DNA of 64,000 bases from the NCBI GenBank assembly GCA_951406725.2, contig OX597815.1:70370001-70434000 (forward strand). Direction: 5' to 3'. Under the pieces are notes generated by a model, which was not told the DNA's origin, did not search any database, and was given only the letters and a program-made list of their open reading frames with translations. Within the stretch, counting starts at the first letter, position 1. The number at the start of each line of letters is the position of its first letter. The translations under genes and the position numbers were made by a program. Source of the stretch: Octopus vulgaris (lineage: Eukaryota). Positions 27,052 through 42,350 of this stretch are shown here, piece after piece.

Positions 27052-28525
27052 TATATATACGTATGTATATATGTATGTATGTATGTACGTATGTATGTAT
27101 GTATGTATGTATGTATGTATGTATGTATGTATGTATATGCATGTATGTATGTATGCATGTATGTATGTATGTATGTATGTATATATATATATATATATAT
27201 ATATTTTATACTTATATAATATAAATATATATATATATTTATACTTATATAATATAAATAGCATATAAATATATGCAAATAAACATACATATATGTATAT
27301 ATACATGTATATATGAGTACTGGACATAAAAAAAACATTGAACACAATGAGAAACGAAAACATAGAAACAAAAACATAGAAACGAACTTTTTTTGAACAA
27401 CGAAAAAAAACAAACAAACAAACAGAGAAACGGGACATAGAATATTCCCCTTCTTCAGTTGTCCCTGTTTCAAGTAATCCACGTTTTGAAGGCAAGGACA
27501 AGACGCAACTTCGTTGAAACAGTCATTCCCGCAAAGTAAATTAAATAAAATTTGGGATTTTTGCGGAGAATAAAACAGTAAAAACAATAAAAAAAGTAAA
27601 AACAGTAAAAAACATAACAATTAAAACAAAACAGCAAATACAAACGGTGTGGGCCGTTAAACCAAGACGATAGAAGAATTATTATGAACGCATAGGAAGA
27701 CGAGCTTATGAAGGAGACTGTATAAGCACGTTTAGTCTTTACGAAGGTTGTGGGTAGAAAGGTAGACTCTCTTTCGTCACATGTCAGCGACGAGAGAGTC
27801 GAGGAGGAGGAGTGAGGGAGAGGGAACGGTGAAGAGGAGAGGAGAAATGCTTTCGTTTCTCAATGTGTTCAACGTTTTTTTTTTATGTCCTGTACCCTTA
27901 TATGCATGTATATATACATATATACATACATATGTGTGTGTGTGTGTGTGTGTGTGAACCTGTTCGTTGGCTACGTTGAGGCCCGCATATTCTCAAGTTT
28001 CGCTGATCCTACTCCACCACCACAACACATCACACCACCATACCACCCCACACCACACAAAATCACACCACCCCGCACACACTAGCACTGACCACTTCCC
28101 AGCTCTCACACCAGCGCACACACTAGCACAGACCACTTCGCAGCACCCACACCATCATCCACACATATACACATGCACACACGCACACGTCTGGGTCACC
28201 AGCCCCCTACAACCTGCACATACACGCTCTCACATACACATGCACGCGCACCTTCGTTTTGGGATCATCACTACTTTATTATCTCCCCTTCTTCCTAGCT
28301 TTCCTGTGTGACCCCTCTGTCCGGCATTCGGCATGGTAGATCGCTAGCCACTAAACATTTTAATTTTATTTTCTCTCCCTGTCTATTTCTGTGTTCCTTT
28401 CTGTCGAAGAGCGTAGACTCGATGCGTAAAAGACATTCTTATTTCCCGAGCGTTAAACTAATACATCTGTTTGTTGTTTACACACCAGTCTTCGTCTTTT
28501 GTTTTTCTTTTTGTTTTGTAAATTC

Positions 28526-28576
<51 letters not shown>

Positions 28577-28578
<2 letters not shown>

Positions 28579-28934
28579 TATATAAAATTCGTTCTGTGTG
28601 TGTGCGTGTCTCTGTGTGGTTTCTAAGATCTCGGGCATCCTTCATCCGATTACGCTCAAATTTGATATTTAGATACCGATGATATCAGGGCGTGTATAAG
28701 TCTTGAAAAAATTACAAAAATCGATTCCAGGTGAGAATCCGATCGATAAAGCCGTGGGAAATCGTTTTTCTTTGGAACAGACAAAAATTCTATCTTTATT
28801 TCTTCTTTTGCTGGTGTCTCAAATTTAGGTTAAATCAGTGTTTCTCAAATGGGACGGTCGGACAAGTTGTTTTGAGAAAATTTGATTTAAATTTTTGACA
28901 ACTCAGCACCGTCCATTGGACGCGGGGCGTTTTG

Positions 28935-28940
<6 letters not shown>
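28577..28940 (+). mobile_element. Probable non-autonomous Helitron
   Basis: A|TCTTATATAAAA start and a GC-rich subterminal hairpin; the terminal CTAG is degenerate. Confidence 0.45.
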
Positions 28941-28983
<43 letters not shown>

Positions 28984-29050
28984 AATCACTCGTCATACTC
29001 GACCGCTAAATCGACAAGTTTTTTTCTCTCTGTTTATTTTCTCTTTTTTC

Positions 29051-29085
29051 CTTTCTGATGAAGAGCGTAGGCGCGAAACGTAAAG
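29051..29085 (+). ncRNA. Minimal hammerhead motif of an abundant PLE-end repeat family
   Basis: CUUU-CUGAUGA-A-GAGC guag GCGC-GAAA-CG-UA|AAG. Related copies at 23253-23287, 28397-28432, 57549-57584 (+) and about 24617-24652 (-). Confidence 0.6.
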
Positions 29086-29323
29086 ACTCTTTCACTTTCC
29101 CGAGTGTCAGACTAATATACCTGCTTGTTGTTCATACACCTGTCTTCGACTTTTGGTTTTCTATAAATTTCAACTATATTTGTATATATGTATATATATA
29201 TATAAACATTCATACACATGTACTCAGCGGAGTGGCGTCATTCGAAGGCTAAAACAATGCGAACGCATTGTGACCAGCGATGTGTAACTACATCTGATGG
29301 ACTGGTCGGTCACGTGATGGTGA

Positions 29324-29364
<41 letters not shown>

Positions 29365-29466
29365 CACACATATATATACATATGTAGATGTATATATGTA
29401 TATATATGTAAATATATACACATATATATATATAGACACACATCTATATATATATACATCTATATA

Positions 29467-29528
<62 letters not shown>

Positions 29529-30034
29529 CATGTACATACATATATATGCGTGTATATATATACACGTATATATATATATATGCCTTTAATATGGAAATGG
29601 GATAGGTTCTCTTTATCATTTTTATTTATTGTGAATTTAAGCGTTATCTTAGGAGAATTGACAGACTTATTTAATCCTAAAAATCTGTTGGGAGTAGTGA
29701 AGGATTAATTATTCAACAGATTAACCAGTTTTCATAGGATTGAAGGAGATTAGTGTCAGCAGTGACGAAATTAAGAAACATAATATACATGCGTACACAC
29801 AAACACACATATACATACATACAAACAAATATACATACATACATACATACATACATACGTACATACATACAAATATACAAACAAATATCCATACTTACAT
29901 TTTACATATATATGCGTGTGTACATGTATGTATACATGTTCATAAGAATATATATATATATATGTATGTATGTAGACGTATATGTGCATAAGTGTATATT
30001 TACACACACATACACACACATATATATGGATGTA

Positions 30035-30850
30035 CAGGGTGTGATGTCGCCATTTAAAATTTTTAATTTGGCACATGCGCATTGTTTGTTTTTCATTTTG
30101 TTGACTACACAGTATAGTAGGGTCAGTTGGACCCCGTCTGTGAGAAAAATAGCACCATGACGCAATTCACTCTGCCTGAAATTTGGAAACGACATGCTTG
30201 GCAATCGTGTCGGAAGCTCCAATACGAATATTTTAGAATATTTGTGAGTCAATCTGAGGACAGTGCAGAGGATTCGGAAAAAGTTGGATGAGTCTGATGG
30301 TGATTACGACGGTACTGCAGCTCGGAAAAACTCACTCCGGTTGTTCGGATGAGAAAGGAACCCCTGAATTAGTTGGTGAGATTCAGGCCATGATTGACAA
30401 CGATCCCTTAATGTCAATCAGGTCCACCACCAGGGACATGGGAGTGCCTGAGTTTCTTATTAGGCAGGTAGTGCATGAAGACATCCGGTATTCCTCATAC
30501 AAGATAAGAAAGGGCCACTTTTTATCCCAACTCATCGAGGACAAGAAGGAAGACTGCGTTACGAAGGTTTTGAACAAACTCAAGCATCCCCTCCAGCCGA
30601 ACATGCTTTGGTTTTTCTCAGATGACAAAAATTTCTGCATGGATCAGATGATGAACACACTGAACAACTGTTGACTTGCCGTGTCCCCAAAACATGTACC
30701 GTGAGTGATAAAAATCAAACATCCAGTCAACATCATGGTGTTTGGAGTAATCACTAGTGATTGCAACATTATGCTTCCATTCATCTTCCCACACGGCTTC
30801 AGAATCAACACGAAGGCCTACATTAAGTTCCTGGAGGGACTTAATGTAGG
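30035..30850 (+). mobile_element. Tc1/mariner DDE transposon remnant
   Basis: TA|CAGGGTG left end. Peptides SIRSTTRDMGV, WFFSDDKNF and KHPVNIMVFGVITSD..PFIFPHG, broken by stops. Confidence 0.8.
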
Positions 30851-31841
30851 CGTGTATGTATGTATGTATGTATGTATGTATGTATGTATGTATGTATGTA
30901 TGTATGCATGCATGCATGTGTTGTGTGTATGTGCGCGCGCCCCCGAATGTTCTAAACAATTTCACGCGCTACCTTTCTCACAGCATTCCACAAATACTCC
31001 AAACCTTAACGACAATAAGATTTCAAACCACCTAACAAAACTTAACAACAACAACAACAACGACATCGACGACGACGACTGCAATGGTAAAATTAGCAAC
31101 AAAAATAATGAACATTAGTAGATGCTATCGTCGTCATCATCATCACCAGCATCAGCATCATCAGCATCCTCAGTTTCCAACCCCACCAATAGGCGGCTAC
31201 ATAGACGCCTCTGCAATATTTGTCTCTAATAATTTCTAATTTTGGCACAAGGCCGGCAGTGTTAAGGGAGAGGTTTAGGTCGATTACATCGACCCCAGTG
31301 TTCAGCTGATTCATTTTTTATTGCTTCCCGAAAGGATGAAAGTCAACGTCGATCGTATGAATCGACATAAATGCTGCTAAACATTTTGTCCGACGCGCTA
31401 ACGATTCTGCCAGATCGTCGCTTTAATGTTAGACTATAACGATATACTGATCAATTGAATTGAAAATTTCCAAAGATTTTTGTGGCTGGTATCACAAGAC
31501 AATTCCCCCTCGATTCTGCAAGCGATAGCAGTCAAAGCTCCCTCAAATCATATCCTATTGGCTTAAAAAAGTAAGGACACATTTGATAATGTAAGTCATG
31601 GATCTTCTAAAACGGCTGATTAGTTACAGCTAAAATATCTTTGATCAAATATCTGCTTGATCTAGGTCGGCGTGGGGTTAACAATCCATGCATTTTGTTT
31701 ATATTAGAATTATCGAAGCATACAATGAACTACCTTCATCAGTTGTTAGCTGTCAGGACACAGCATCCTTCAAGAAATTAAAGGCGGCGAGCTGGCAGAA
31801 ACGTTAGCACGCTGGGCGAAATGCTTAGCGGTATGTCGTCT

Positions 31842-32560
31842 GGTTTCCTTTACTTCCCTAACTGAAATGACTAGTTCTGCCTGTTTTGGACAGACTACTG
31901 TTTGTTTCAGTTCTTCCAACCATTCGGTATCCTTCTTGTGCCCCTTGTCTTTGCTCCAGATGTCACACCAAAACCTTTGACTTTCATTGTTATCTGGTAT
32001 CAAATTTTTATCTGTACACTCTCCATTTATTTCTTTATAGAATTTCTTCTGATCTACTTTGAATAACCTATTCTGATGGTAACGCTTCATTCTTTGGTCG
32101 TATCTTACTATCTTTGCTTTCTTTGCAACGAGGCGCCTAATGTCTCTCATCAAGTAAACTACCACTGCGCCTTTCCTATGCTATGAAATTACTTTTATTA
32201 GTAAGAACTGTATTTTCATCGTTATCTCTGCTGCTTTTGATAACTTCGAGCTCTGCTTCTCTGAACCAAAGATTTTTTTTCTTATTGCTCTAGCTTGATC
32301 ACATAGTCTCTGTTCCGTTAGTTGAAACAATCCCTTTTCCCTCCAATGATCATATATACGTTGTCGGCAACCCCTAATTTGAGCACCATTTTCATCTACC
32401 GGGTTGCTCAGGTAGTAACACTCCATGACCACAGCATTAATTTGCTTGCTCTATCTACGCCGTGTGTAGTGGTTCCTTTCTGGATATCGACAGGCTAGAG
32501 CCGGACCAGAATCTCTGAGCCTGCCGGGTGCAACACTGCCACCATCAATGGCTTCAATTT
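31842..32560 (-). pseudogene. R4/Dong-like LINE N-terminal fragment
   Basis: MECYYLS..RQRIYDHW..TEQRLCDQARAIRK and RYDQR..QNRLFKVDQKKFY..FWCDIWS. Confidence 0.7.
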
Positions 32561-33226
32561 CATTACCACAGTTATTCACAATATTTTGTTTATTTATTGT
32601 CACTCATATGAGGTAGTGATTATCAGGTTGCGCAGTTACCAGTGTCTTTATTGTGACACCATCACTAGATGTATCATTAATCAGGACATGGAGAGACTCG
32701 GGGAGACTTCACCCACTCCTTCCATTATTATAATTATTATCATCACTGATATCACTGGTATTATTGTATGGGCCTCAGATTCCTGTGCTATCATAATAGT
32801 AGTAGTTGTAGTATTTGTAGTATTAGCAGCATATTATCATTATTTTTATTTTATCATTATTACCATCACTACCACTACCACTGTTATTATCATTATTACT
32901 ATTTCCATTTATCATTAAAAGATTTTGTTAAATGGTCCTTATTTTCAACTTTTGTCTTGTACTTGAGATAATCATAAATATGTAGTTGTTGAAAGAAATG
33001 GGGGTGGGGAGTAGCAGCTTGGTGAATAGATCAAATTCTACGGGTCTATAAAGAGATTCGGCAGTTGGTGGAGAGGTCAGCCATAGAGACAAAAGAATCT
33101 TCTCACCCTTTGGGTCAGCAGAGGTCAAATGTGTTTACTACTACCAGCGACCACTAGGAGTGTTGACCTTGCCCTTGAGAAGAAGCAATTCAACCTGTTC
33201 TATTTGTAATTAGTGGTAGAGAAAAC

Positions 33227-33292
<66 letters not shown>

Positions 33293-34099
33293 CAGTCTTT
33301 GGGAATAGTAAGAGGAAGACATGTTCACATTGTTGAAGTTTTGAATTTCTGAAGTTCTTTTTCTTTTGGAATTTTACTTTTCTTTTTAAACGTTTTGTTG
33401 TGGTTTACAGTCTTTGTAGTTACGCAGTATGTATATATTGGCGGGTGCTTACCGCCTTAATTTTTCGGTGGGGTTTTTTCGTGCATTTAATTGTACTGTT
33501 ACAATAAAAGGAATGTTTACATATTCGGGTAGTCAGGGAAAAAGGAAAGATAAGATGTTCACACAAAATTGGAGATATTAAAGTTTCTAAATTTTTTTGA
33601 GAGGTGTTCGTTCAGAGAAGACTGTTGTGTTTTTGCAATAAAAAGGATGTTTGCATTTTCGAATACTTACGGAGAGAGGAACGGAAAGAAAAGAATAGTA
33701 AAATTCTTACAGAGAATTGTAGATGTAAGGTTTTAAAAGTTACTGGAGATGAGCTTTTGTTTGTCCGAAGAGAGAAAACTGTAGTGTTCTTGGAATAAAG
33801 AGGATGTTTACATTTTCGAATACTTAGGGAGAAAGGAAAGGATAGGTATTCACAGAAGTTGTAGATTATAAAGGTTTTAAAGTTGATCGTTTATGTGTTC
33901 GAGAACTGTAGGTATGCAAGTTTCTTAACTTATTTTGAGGGAAATTCAAAATACTCACAGAATATTGTAGATATTCCAGTCTTTGAGAGTTATTTTTCAG
34001 TTGTCCTGCTGTGTTGTATTAGCGTTTCTGTGTTTTCAGCTGATGACAGGTCAGAGCAGCGAAAAACACGTCCAGCTGCTGTCACGTTCAGCCGCGCAT

Positions 34100-35154
<1,055 letters not shown>

Positions 35155-35299
35155 TTGCTTTTATTGTTATTATTATTACTATTATTGTTGTTGTTGTTGG
35201 TGGTGGTGGTATTAGTATGGTGTTGGTGTTATTATTGTTGTTTTACTTCTAAGAGCGCTCAGTCTTCTTTGCACTGGTAGATTCTGAGAGAACAGACAG

Positions 35300-36190
35300 C
35301 AGCCTGCTGTCAGAGGTCTCACAGGGTCATAAGCTTTGATACTTGGTTGTTATTATCGTAGGAGATATTCACCATCCAAGTACCAATCTCAAAATCCTTG
35401 TTGTCCCCAGCAGAGCAGTTTAGGAGGCTTGCTCTGCTCTCGTGTCAATTCCGATTTCTCTGGCATATTTCTTGAACTTGGTTGTCAGTGCTCCGTCTGT
35501 CCCTACAATTAACTGAATGACAGACACTCTCCTCATAGTCCACATTCTTGCAATTTCGTCTCTTAGTAGTCTGTACTTTTCAATCTTTTCTAGTTCTTTG
35601 TTACTTATGCGTGCATCCCCAGGTATTACAATATCTATAGTTTAGGTTTTCTTTTTTCCTTTATTGACCACAACAATATTTGGTCTCCGAGCATTGATTA
35701 GAGTCACATTGGATTGTAAAATCCCACAGTATCTTATATTCCTTATTCTCGGTGACTCCTTCTATTTCATGTTCGTACCATTTCCGTGCTCTGTCCAGGC
35801 CGTACATAGCTCCAGTGGACGAACTTAGCAATGTTATCGTGCCTCCTTTTGTAGTGCTTTTGGGTCAGCTTGCTACACTCACTCACAATGTGTGAGATTG
35901 TTTCGATTTTACTGCCACACATCCTACAAAGAGGCGATTCGCTTCTCTTATCTATTTGGAATTTGGTGGAATTAGTTCTCAGAGCTTGTTTCTGGGCGCT
36001 ACATATCAATGCCTCAGTGCATCCTTTCAGATCACTTTTTCTTAACCATCTCCAAGTGTTGATCTTGTCTTTTCCTTCGATTTCTCTAAAGTGTTGCCCA
36101 TGCAATGATTTCATTTTCCAATTGTTTACTTTTTCGTCTTCATCTTGTTTCTTAAATGCTTTCTGTTTTACAATGACGTCTTGCGACACC
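35300..36190 (-). pseudogene. R4/Dong-like LINE C-terminal fragment (CCHC knuckle + RLE)
   Basis: LHGQH..TWRWL..TEALICSAQKQALRT..CRMCG..ETISHIVSEC..YKRRHD, followed by RPNIVV. Lies next to (TAA)n/(TAG)n tracts. Confidence 0.8.
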
Positions 36191-36263
36191 TTGAATATTT
36201 CTCTGTGTCTCTCGTTCTCTGTTTTTCCCTCTATTTCCCCCTCTTACTTTCTCCTTCTATGTC

Positions 36264-36294
<31 letters not shown>

Positions 36295-36806
36295 CTGTCT
36301 CTCTCTCTCTCTTTCTCTGTTGCTCTTTCTCTTTGTCATACTCTCTTTCTCTGTTTTTATCTCTCCCCACTCTCCCTCTCTTAACAACTACGAGTACACT
36401 TTCAGTTTCGACTTGGTGTATTTAAACGACGAAAGGCTATTCAATCTATTTAATCTGTATTCCATTCCAGAATAGGACAAAATGCTTGTCTTTGATGTTG
36501 CTTCCTTTAACTATTCGTTTGTTGGTAAAGAGTTATTTGCATTTTCCCTCCATGTTTAACATGCGCCATCAGGGTGCAGATGTAGACTTTTCTTACAATG
36601 TTATTAGCCTGGATTTACTGAAAAAAGAAAAAAAGAGAAAAGAAATGTCACAACTTCAAACCAAGTTTTTTCTAAAACAAAACAGACTCTATGATAATTG
36701 AACAGACAGAATCATAAATGCTAACGCGAACAGCTATACCTTAAAAATACTAAAAATATTGTTGAAAATGTCAAATTGAAATAAAACAGTACAAACAGCA
36801 ACGAAA

Positions 36807-36873
36807 CAGCAGCAGCAGCAGTAGCAGCAGCAGTAGCAGCAGCAGTAGCAACAGCAGCAGCAGCAGCAGCAGC

Positions 36874-36944
<71 letters not shown>

Positions 36945-36947
36945 CAG
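36807..36947. repeat. Compound (CAG)n(CAA)n trinucleotide repeat
   Basis: Read directly from the sequence. Confidence 0.9.
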
Positions 36948-37859
36948 AGCACATTTTGCTAACGCTGGTGGTCATAGGGAGCGACTGGATCTAACTGCAC
37001 GTTATGGTAGAGGGTAGGAAGCTCAGATGTCGCACGTGTAGTACAAGCAACTACGTGGAGACATTCTGCTCACAGTTAAGAAAAGAAACTAAAGAATACA
37101 CGTCTTGCCCTTGTCTGGTTGGAAATAAAAGTATTCCTCCACGAATCCGTGAAGGATGTATCTACTGCCTACAGAAAAAAATAACAAGAAAAACTATATG
37201 TCAGATTTCGTCATTGAATTAAATTTGCGACACAATACGACTCGTTTTGGATACCAAAAGAAAATATTCTGCACAAATAAGTACAGCTAGCTTAACGTTT
37301 CATTTTTCTTTTCTTCTTTTTTTTTTTCGTCTTTACTTTGGACTGCAACAATGGTAGGATTCGCCATCTTGAAACAAGGGTACCTACTCAACAATTGCAA
37401 ATTACTTAATTTGAAATTAGTAATTAACAATGAGTCTAGGGTTCCAGACACACAGCTGTTGGCGCTTCTCCTGGCTGACAATAAGGTGTATGCCTCATTC
37501 GGTTGACCAAATCGTGTGGGGGTAATAAGGTTATTTAGAAAAGGCTTAGATTTCAAAGTGCGGACGATCTTTCAAGATCCGGACGACAGCTATGGCTCCT
37601 AAACATGTGCAACAGTAAAGTTGGTTCGTTGAGCCTGGTGGCCGTATATAAAGGACGATCAAACTTCAAGACTCTGGAGACATATCTGCATACATCTCGC
37701 TCATTAATATTAGTAAAAAAATTGAAGGCAGCGAGCCGGCAGAATCGTTAGCACGCCGGACAAAATGCTTAGCGGCATTTCGTCTGTCTTTATGTTTTGA
37801 ATGCAAATTCTGCCGAGCTCGACTTTGCAATTAGCAAGGAATTACACCCCGAGGGATAT

Positions 37860-39400
37860 ATTTAAGAATTAAAAATTATAAGATACATCGACGGCAGTGA
37901 GGGATCTTAATGATGGATTTAAAAGTCAAAGAAATAATAAGGATTAATTTGTTTGAAGAGTTCTAAAGAAATGTTCATAGAGGGTTATAGCACCGTATAA
38001 GATGTATTTCGACAGCCGTTTCTGAAGTCCATTTGTCTACAAGGTATGAATATTTTAATTTCACACTAAGAATGTCTCCTTCATCAGGAAATAAGGAAAT
38101 AGATAGCAAGGTTTGAAGAAACATAAGAGAAAGGAAAATTTAAGGTTACATTATGTCGGCCATCAGCTACTGTATCATGTACCGACCACTTTTACAATGA
38201 TTCACGGTTATATATGTTAAGAAATATTTAGTGTAGGATGACGGGAGATCAAATTTTGTTTTGGTGGGGATGTTAGGCATGGCGGAAAAAATGAATTTTA
38301 AAAATTGGGTAATAATTAATTACTAATAGAGGAAGAAACAGGGCTGCTCAATACTTCATTCTCTATATCGCACCTTATGGAGCTTCATGAAGGATGAGTG
38401 AAATTTATGAGTACATGAATGAATGGTATCAGATAATTTATTTAATGTTCCCGAATTGTATGATCTAAGGATAATGTACGATTCTCTAATGTATAAATTA
38501 CATTTGCTCAATATAGCATTATAGGGGAGGCCATTTGCTATTATAGATTAAGAAATTTTATAATCAATGTTATTGTTCCTTAAATTATGTATATAGAAGG
38601 CTAGAGTAGAAGAATTTTTATATTTGATATTAGTAAATGAATTTAAATGTGCTCTATATCTATTTTTGAAATCTACAGTGCTACCTATATATGTTCTAGC
38701 CTGGTACTTAACTGATGCTGCTGTACATTTATATACTACATTTTTGCGGAGGCAGGATCCTTCAAGTGGACACGAATCTATTTTCCTACAACTACATATT
38801 TTCCTTAATTTATGGTTGCTATTATCTTTATTTTGGGTGAGGGTGGGAGTGGATTCCCTTTATTCAAGGCCACCGATGAATGGGAGTTATTTCTATTTGA
38901 TGTTGAATTGTGTATATTAGGCGTTCCGGATAAATTTATATTATTTATATTTGGTTTCTTATCTGTGTTAGAAGATTTGAATGCTTGATATTGAATTTTG
39001 TTCTTATTTATGGATGCTATAATTGATACTAAATGTGGCATTGTGGAATAAGAAAATTTTATTGAATATTTATTGCAAACTGGATAATATTTGTAATATT
39101 TTGGAAAATTATGTCTTAGGATTTTGAAAAATAGTTTAGATAGGTTTTACCCTGCGACTACTAGATTTAGATAGTTTAGATATATTATGTTGTTCTTGAG
39201 TAGAGTATTTGTGTTTATTGTTGGGACCTATTTTATTAGATTTAATATAATTACCTAAAGGCTTAATTTTACTTATATTTTCCAGTGAAATATCTGTATT
39301 AGTTAATTTAGAACTAGAATTAGTGTTGTTTGATAGTTTTGTCTTAAGTTTAGTATCGGGTATATTATAACTTTGATTGCTAAAACCACTTAATATGTAT
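37860..39400 (-). pseudogene. Decayed PLE 3' part (CxCx5Cx5C + GIY-YIG) with hammerhead
   Basis: Minus-strand peptides NFPKYYKYY..IKFSYSTMPHL and CSCRKIDSCPLEGSCLRKNVVYKC..TYIGSTVDFKNRYRAHLNSF, broken by frameshifts. Confidence 0.75.
38005..38093 (-). ncRNA. Type I hammerhead ribozyme in the 3'UTR of a decayed PLE
   Basis: Minus strand UAUUUC-CUGAUGA-AGGAG...CUUCA-GAAA-CGGCUG-UC|GAAAUA, with a 6-bp stem I. Confidence 0.7.
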
Positions 39401-39481
39401 ATGGATGTGTATTTATATCCACGGATCAAACACCCGATCTCGCAATCGTGAGTGCAATACCCTACCCACAAGGCCATGTGC

Positions 39482-39545
<64 letters not shown>

Positions 39546-39964
39546 TCAAGTGGACACATTGTTTACTGTGGCTATCGCTTTCATTGGATAGTCGTTAAAT
39601 AATATCCTGTTGATAAAAGGGTGTTAACTTTATTACATTATTTGCTTTCGATATTGTATCCAGTTTCTACAGATTATTTCTCCTGGGACCAGCCAGTGAC
39701 TACTTAATTGTTCTCTCGACAGTAACTAAAATATTATTATTGTGATGTTCTTTTTCAATTCAGTGCCGTATCTTATTTCTTCGTAGTATCACTAAATATC
39801 CTGTTCGAATATTGTCCTACTTTTGTTGTCATAATTTACGCTCTTGTTCTTTGGTTAAATTATAGACTTAGCGTGACTTCCGCTCTCTGATTCCACCAAT
39901 TGCCACTGTATCGTCACTGTTATTACGGCTTCAGATGTTAGTAAATTTAGGCCATTTTAATAAT

Positions 39965-40177
39965 CTTTTCTACTCTAAGTACAAGGCCCGAAATTTTTGG
40001 GGAGGGAGTTTGTCGATTAGATCGACCCCAGTACGCAACTGGTACTTAATTTATCGACCCCGAAAGGGTGAACGGCAAAGTCGACCTCGGTGTAATTTGA
40101 ACTCAGAACATAAAGACAGATAAAACACCGCTAAGCGTTTCGCCCAGCGTGCTAACGTTTCAGCCAACTCGCCGTCC
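39965..40177 (-). mobile_element. SINE family A with 17-bp TSD
   Basis: TSD TAGGCCATTTTAATAAT at 39948-39964 and 40178-40194. Confidence 0.85.
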
Positions 40178-41059
40178 TAGGCCATTTTAATAATGAATTT
40201 AATCTTGTGTCTGCATTGAGACATTACCTCATTTTGTTGATTAATTATGTTTTTTTTTTTCCTGCAGATCAAATGTTACACGTCCAGAAACCCTTTATGG
40301 AAGGAGTGACATGGGCCAATTTATATTTATATTTTCTCCTTTAGTCTCAAGTTGGCTTGGAGATGTTGCGTTCCTTCTTAACTTCATCTTGACACCAGTA
40401 TTGTTGCAAGCATAGTTGCCAGAATACAGAGGTCTTCGTCAGATACCGCACAGCATTCCATTCCACGCTGTCACATTTCTGCCAATCCGTTGCCCTGGAC
40501 TGGTACTATTGCTTTTATTGATCACCAAAAGGCTGAAAGGCAAAGTTAATTTCGGTGGGACTTGAGCTCAGATGTAGAGAGTCTGGACAAGGCGACGCTC
40601 TAACGACTCTGCCAAGTTTTAATAAATTCTTGATATTGTTTTAGTTTCATCTGTTCTTGGTTTGAAATTCTTCAGTACCGGTTTTGACTGTTGCAAATTC
40701 AACAACCAATATTACGTTGGTCAACCAACGTGGGGAACTTTGGTGTTTTGTGTAGCTTACAGTGTAATCCTGGTTCTGAAAAAAAATATTTTAATGTCAT
40801 AAATAGTTGAGGAATTAGTTCAGTAATTTAACTAATTTTCAGATGTACTTTTGTTTTGTTTATTATTCTAGTTAACTTTGTACCAGTATGCATTGTTTAA
40901 TCCAAATAGCTATTGAGATCGATCAAATGCGAACCAGTTAGATACAAGTTCAATTATGTTTTTTCACAGTAAACGGTACAAAAATTGGCCGTAAGTCTAG
41001 TCTCTAAAGAAATACACACCTTATATCGAGTTGTAATATAGGGTGAATATAGGGTGCAG

Positions 41060-42350
41060 CACCTGCAAAAAGTAACCTAATATTTCTAACTGGGAGGCTT
41101 TTATCTATCTTTGCAAGCCCTACATGACTACCATCAGAAAGGCAAACGATGATCTCGTGCTTGGCAGTATTGAAAACATCGACTCCAACCAAATATCAGC
41201 AAAGCCTTCGTTCCTCTCCAGCTTTGGCGGAATTCTTTGCCTACTACTTCTCAGCCAAGATGTCTCTGCACAAGCACAGAAAAATATTGGATATTCACAA
41301 TTCGCTTCCATCTACAACGTGTCTCCATGTATTTAGACTACTCCGTCGCTTCCGCTCAATAAGATTATCAGTTCCGGAGAACTGTTACATCAGCTTCTGT
41401 AACCCTATTAACTACTGACGTATCACTTTTACTTCCAGCAACTTAAAATCAGTGGGAACAGCTGTTCCTCAAAACTCTCGCTCTTCTCCTTAATAAGCAC
41501 GAGTATGTCTTCCTTAGTACAACATCTAGCGGAGATTTATGCGTCATTTTCGTAATCTCGCGGTATTGAAAACACTGGCGACAGTGATATTAATGCACTT
41601 AAGATCAACAAAATATTCGGCCGTGTCCGGCAACAAAAACTTCCCAGTTGGGTTTCCCATTCAAGGGTTGGATCCTTCTTCCCTTTCTTGGGTTGGGAAC
41701 TTTATGTCGGATCGCTCAAATCGCCCAACACTGCTGCTAAAAAAAGCATTCTCTGTTATTGTCTCCCATTCACTTTTCATCTAGTACATTAATAGCTTAA
41801 TTGCTGTCCCATTTAACATAAACTTATTTACAGATAATTTCACCTTTCACTTCTCTTTAACCTTAGGTCATATCACCTCACTCAACCTGAACATCTTTAT
41901 ATCATATACACACTAAATTTCTGAACAGAGACTTTGATAGCATTCCTTCTATGGGGACATGACAATCTGGTCACTTTTAACAGGTCAATCCCTGTCCTTG
42001 TCAAAGACAATCTGGTGTTTCATTCTTTAAGTTGTGAACAGCATAGGTCTTTAGAGTCACTTATGGCGTCTCATCTATCCAATTTCGCCGAAAGCACATC
42101 ACAAAACTAGCATTCCACTTTAGAACTAGGAAATCCTTCAGTCCTGATCAGTTGCTAACCTTCTACAAAGCTCAAATAAAACTTAAAATGGAACATTACA
42201 TCTAATTGAGAATTGCTTCTAGACTAGACGAATCCAGAAGATGGTTATTCGATAGGTTGACTAACAATAATTCACTCGCAGACACTATTAGCTCATAACC
42301 GCATGCTATCTGATCATTACCTATTCTATCTTTATTAGAATGGTTTCTGG
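41060..42350 (+). pseudogene. Highly decayed CR1/Jockey-group LINE remnant
   Basis: Scattered RT-like peptides such as SWVGNFMSDRS and LLTFYKAQIKLKMEHY. Confidence 0.45.

Noticed and set aside
36721-36975. PolyAla, polyCys or polyGln protein
   Set aside because: A trinucleotide repeat; the Gln frame contains TAG interruptions and has no credible start.
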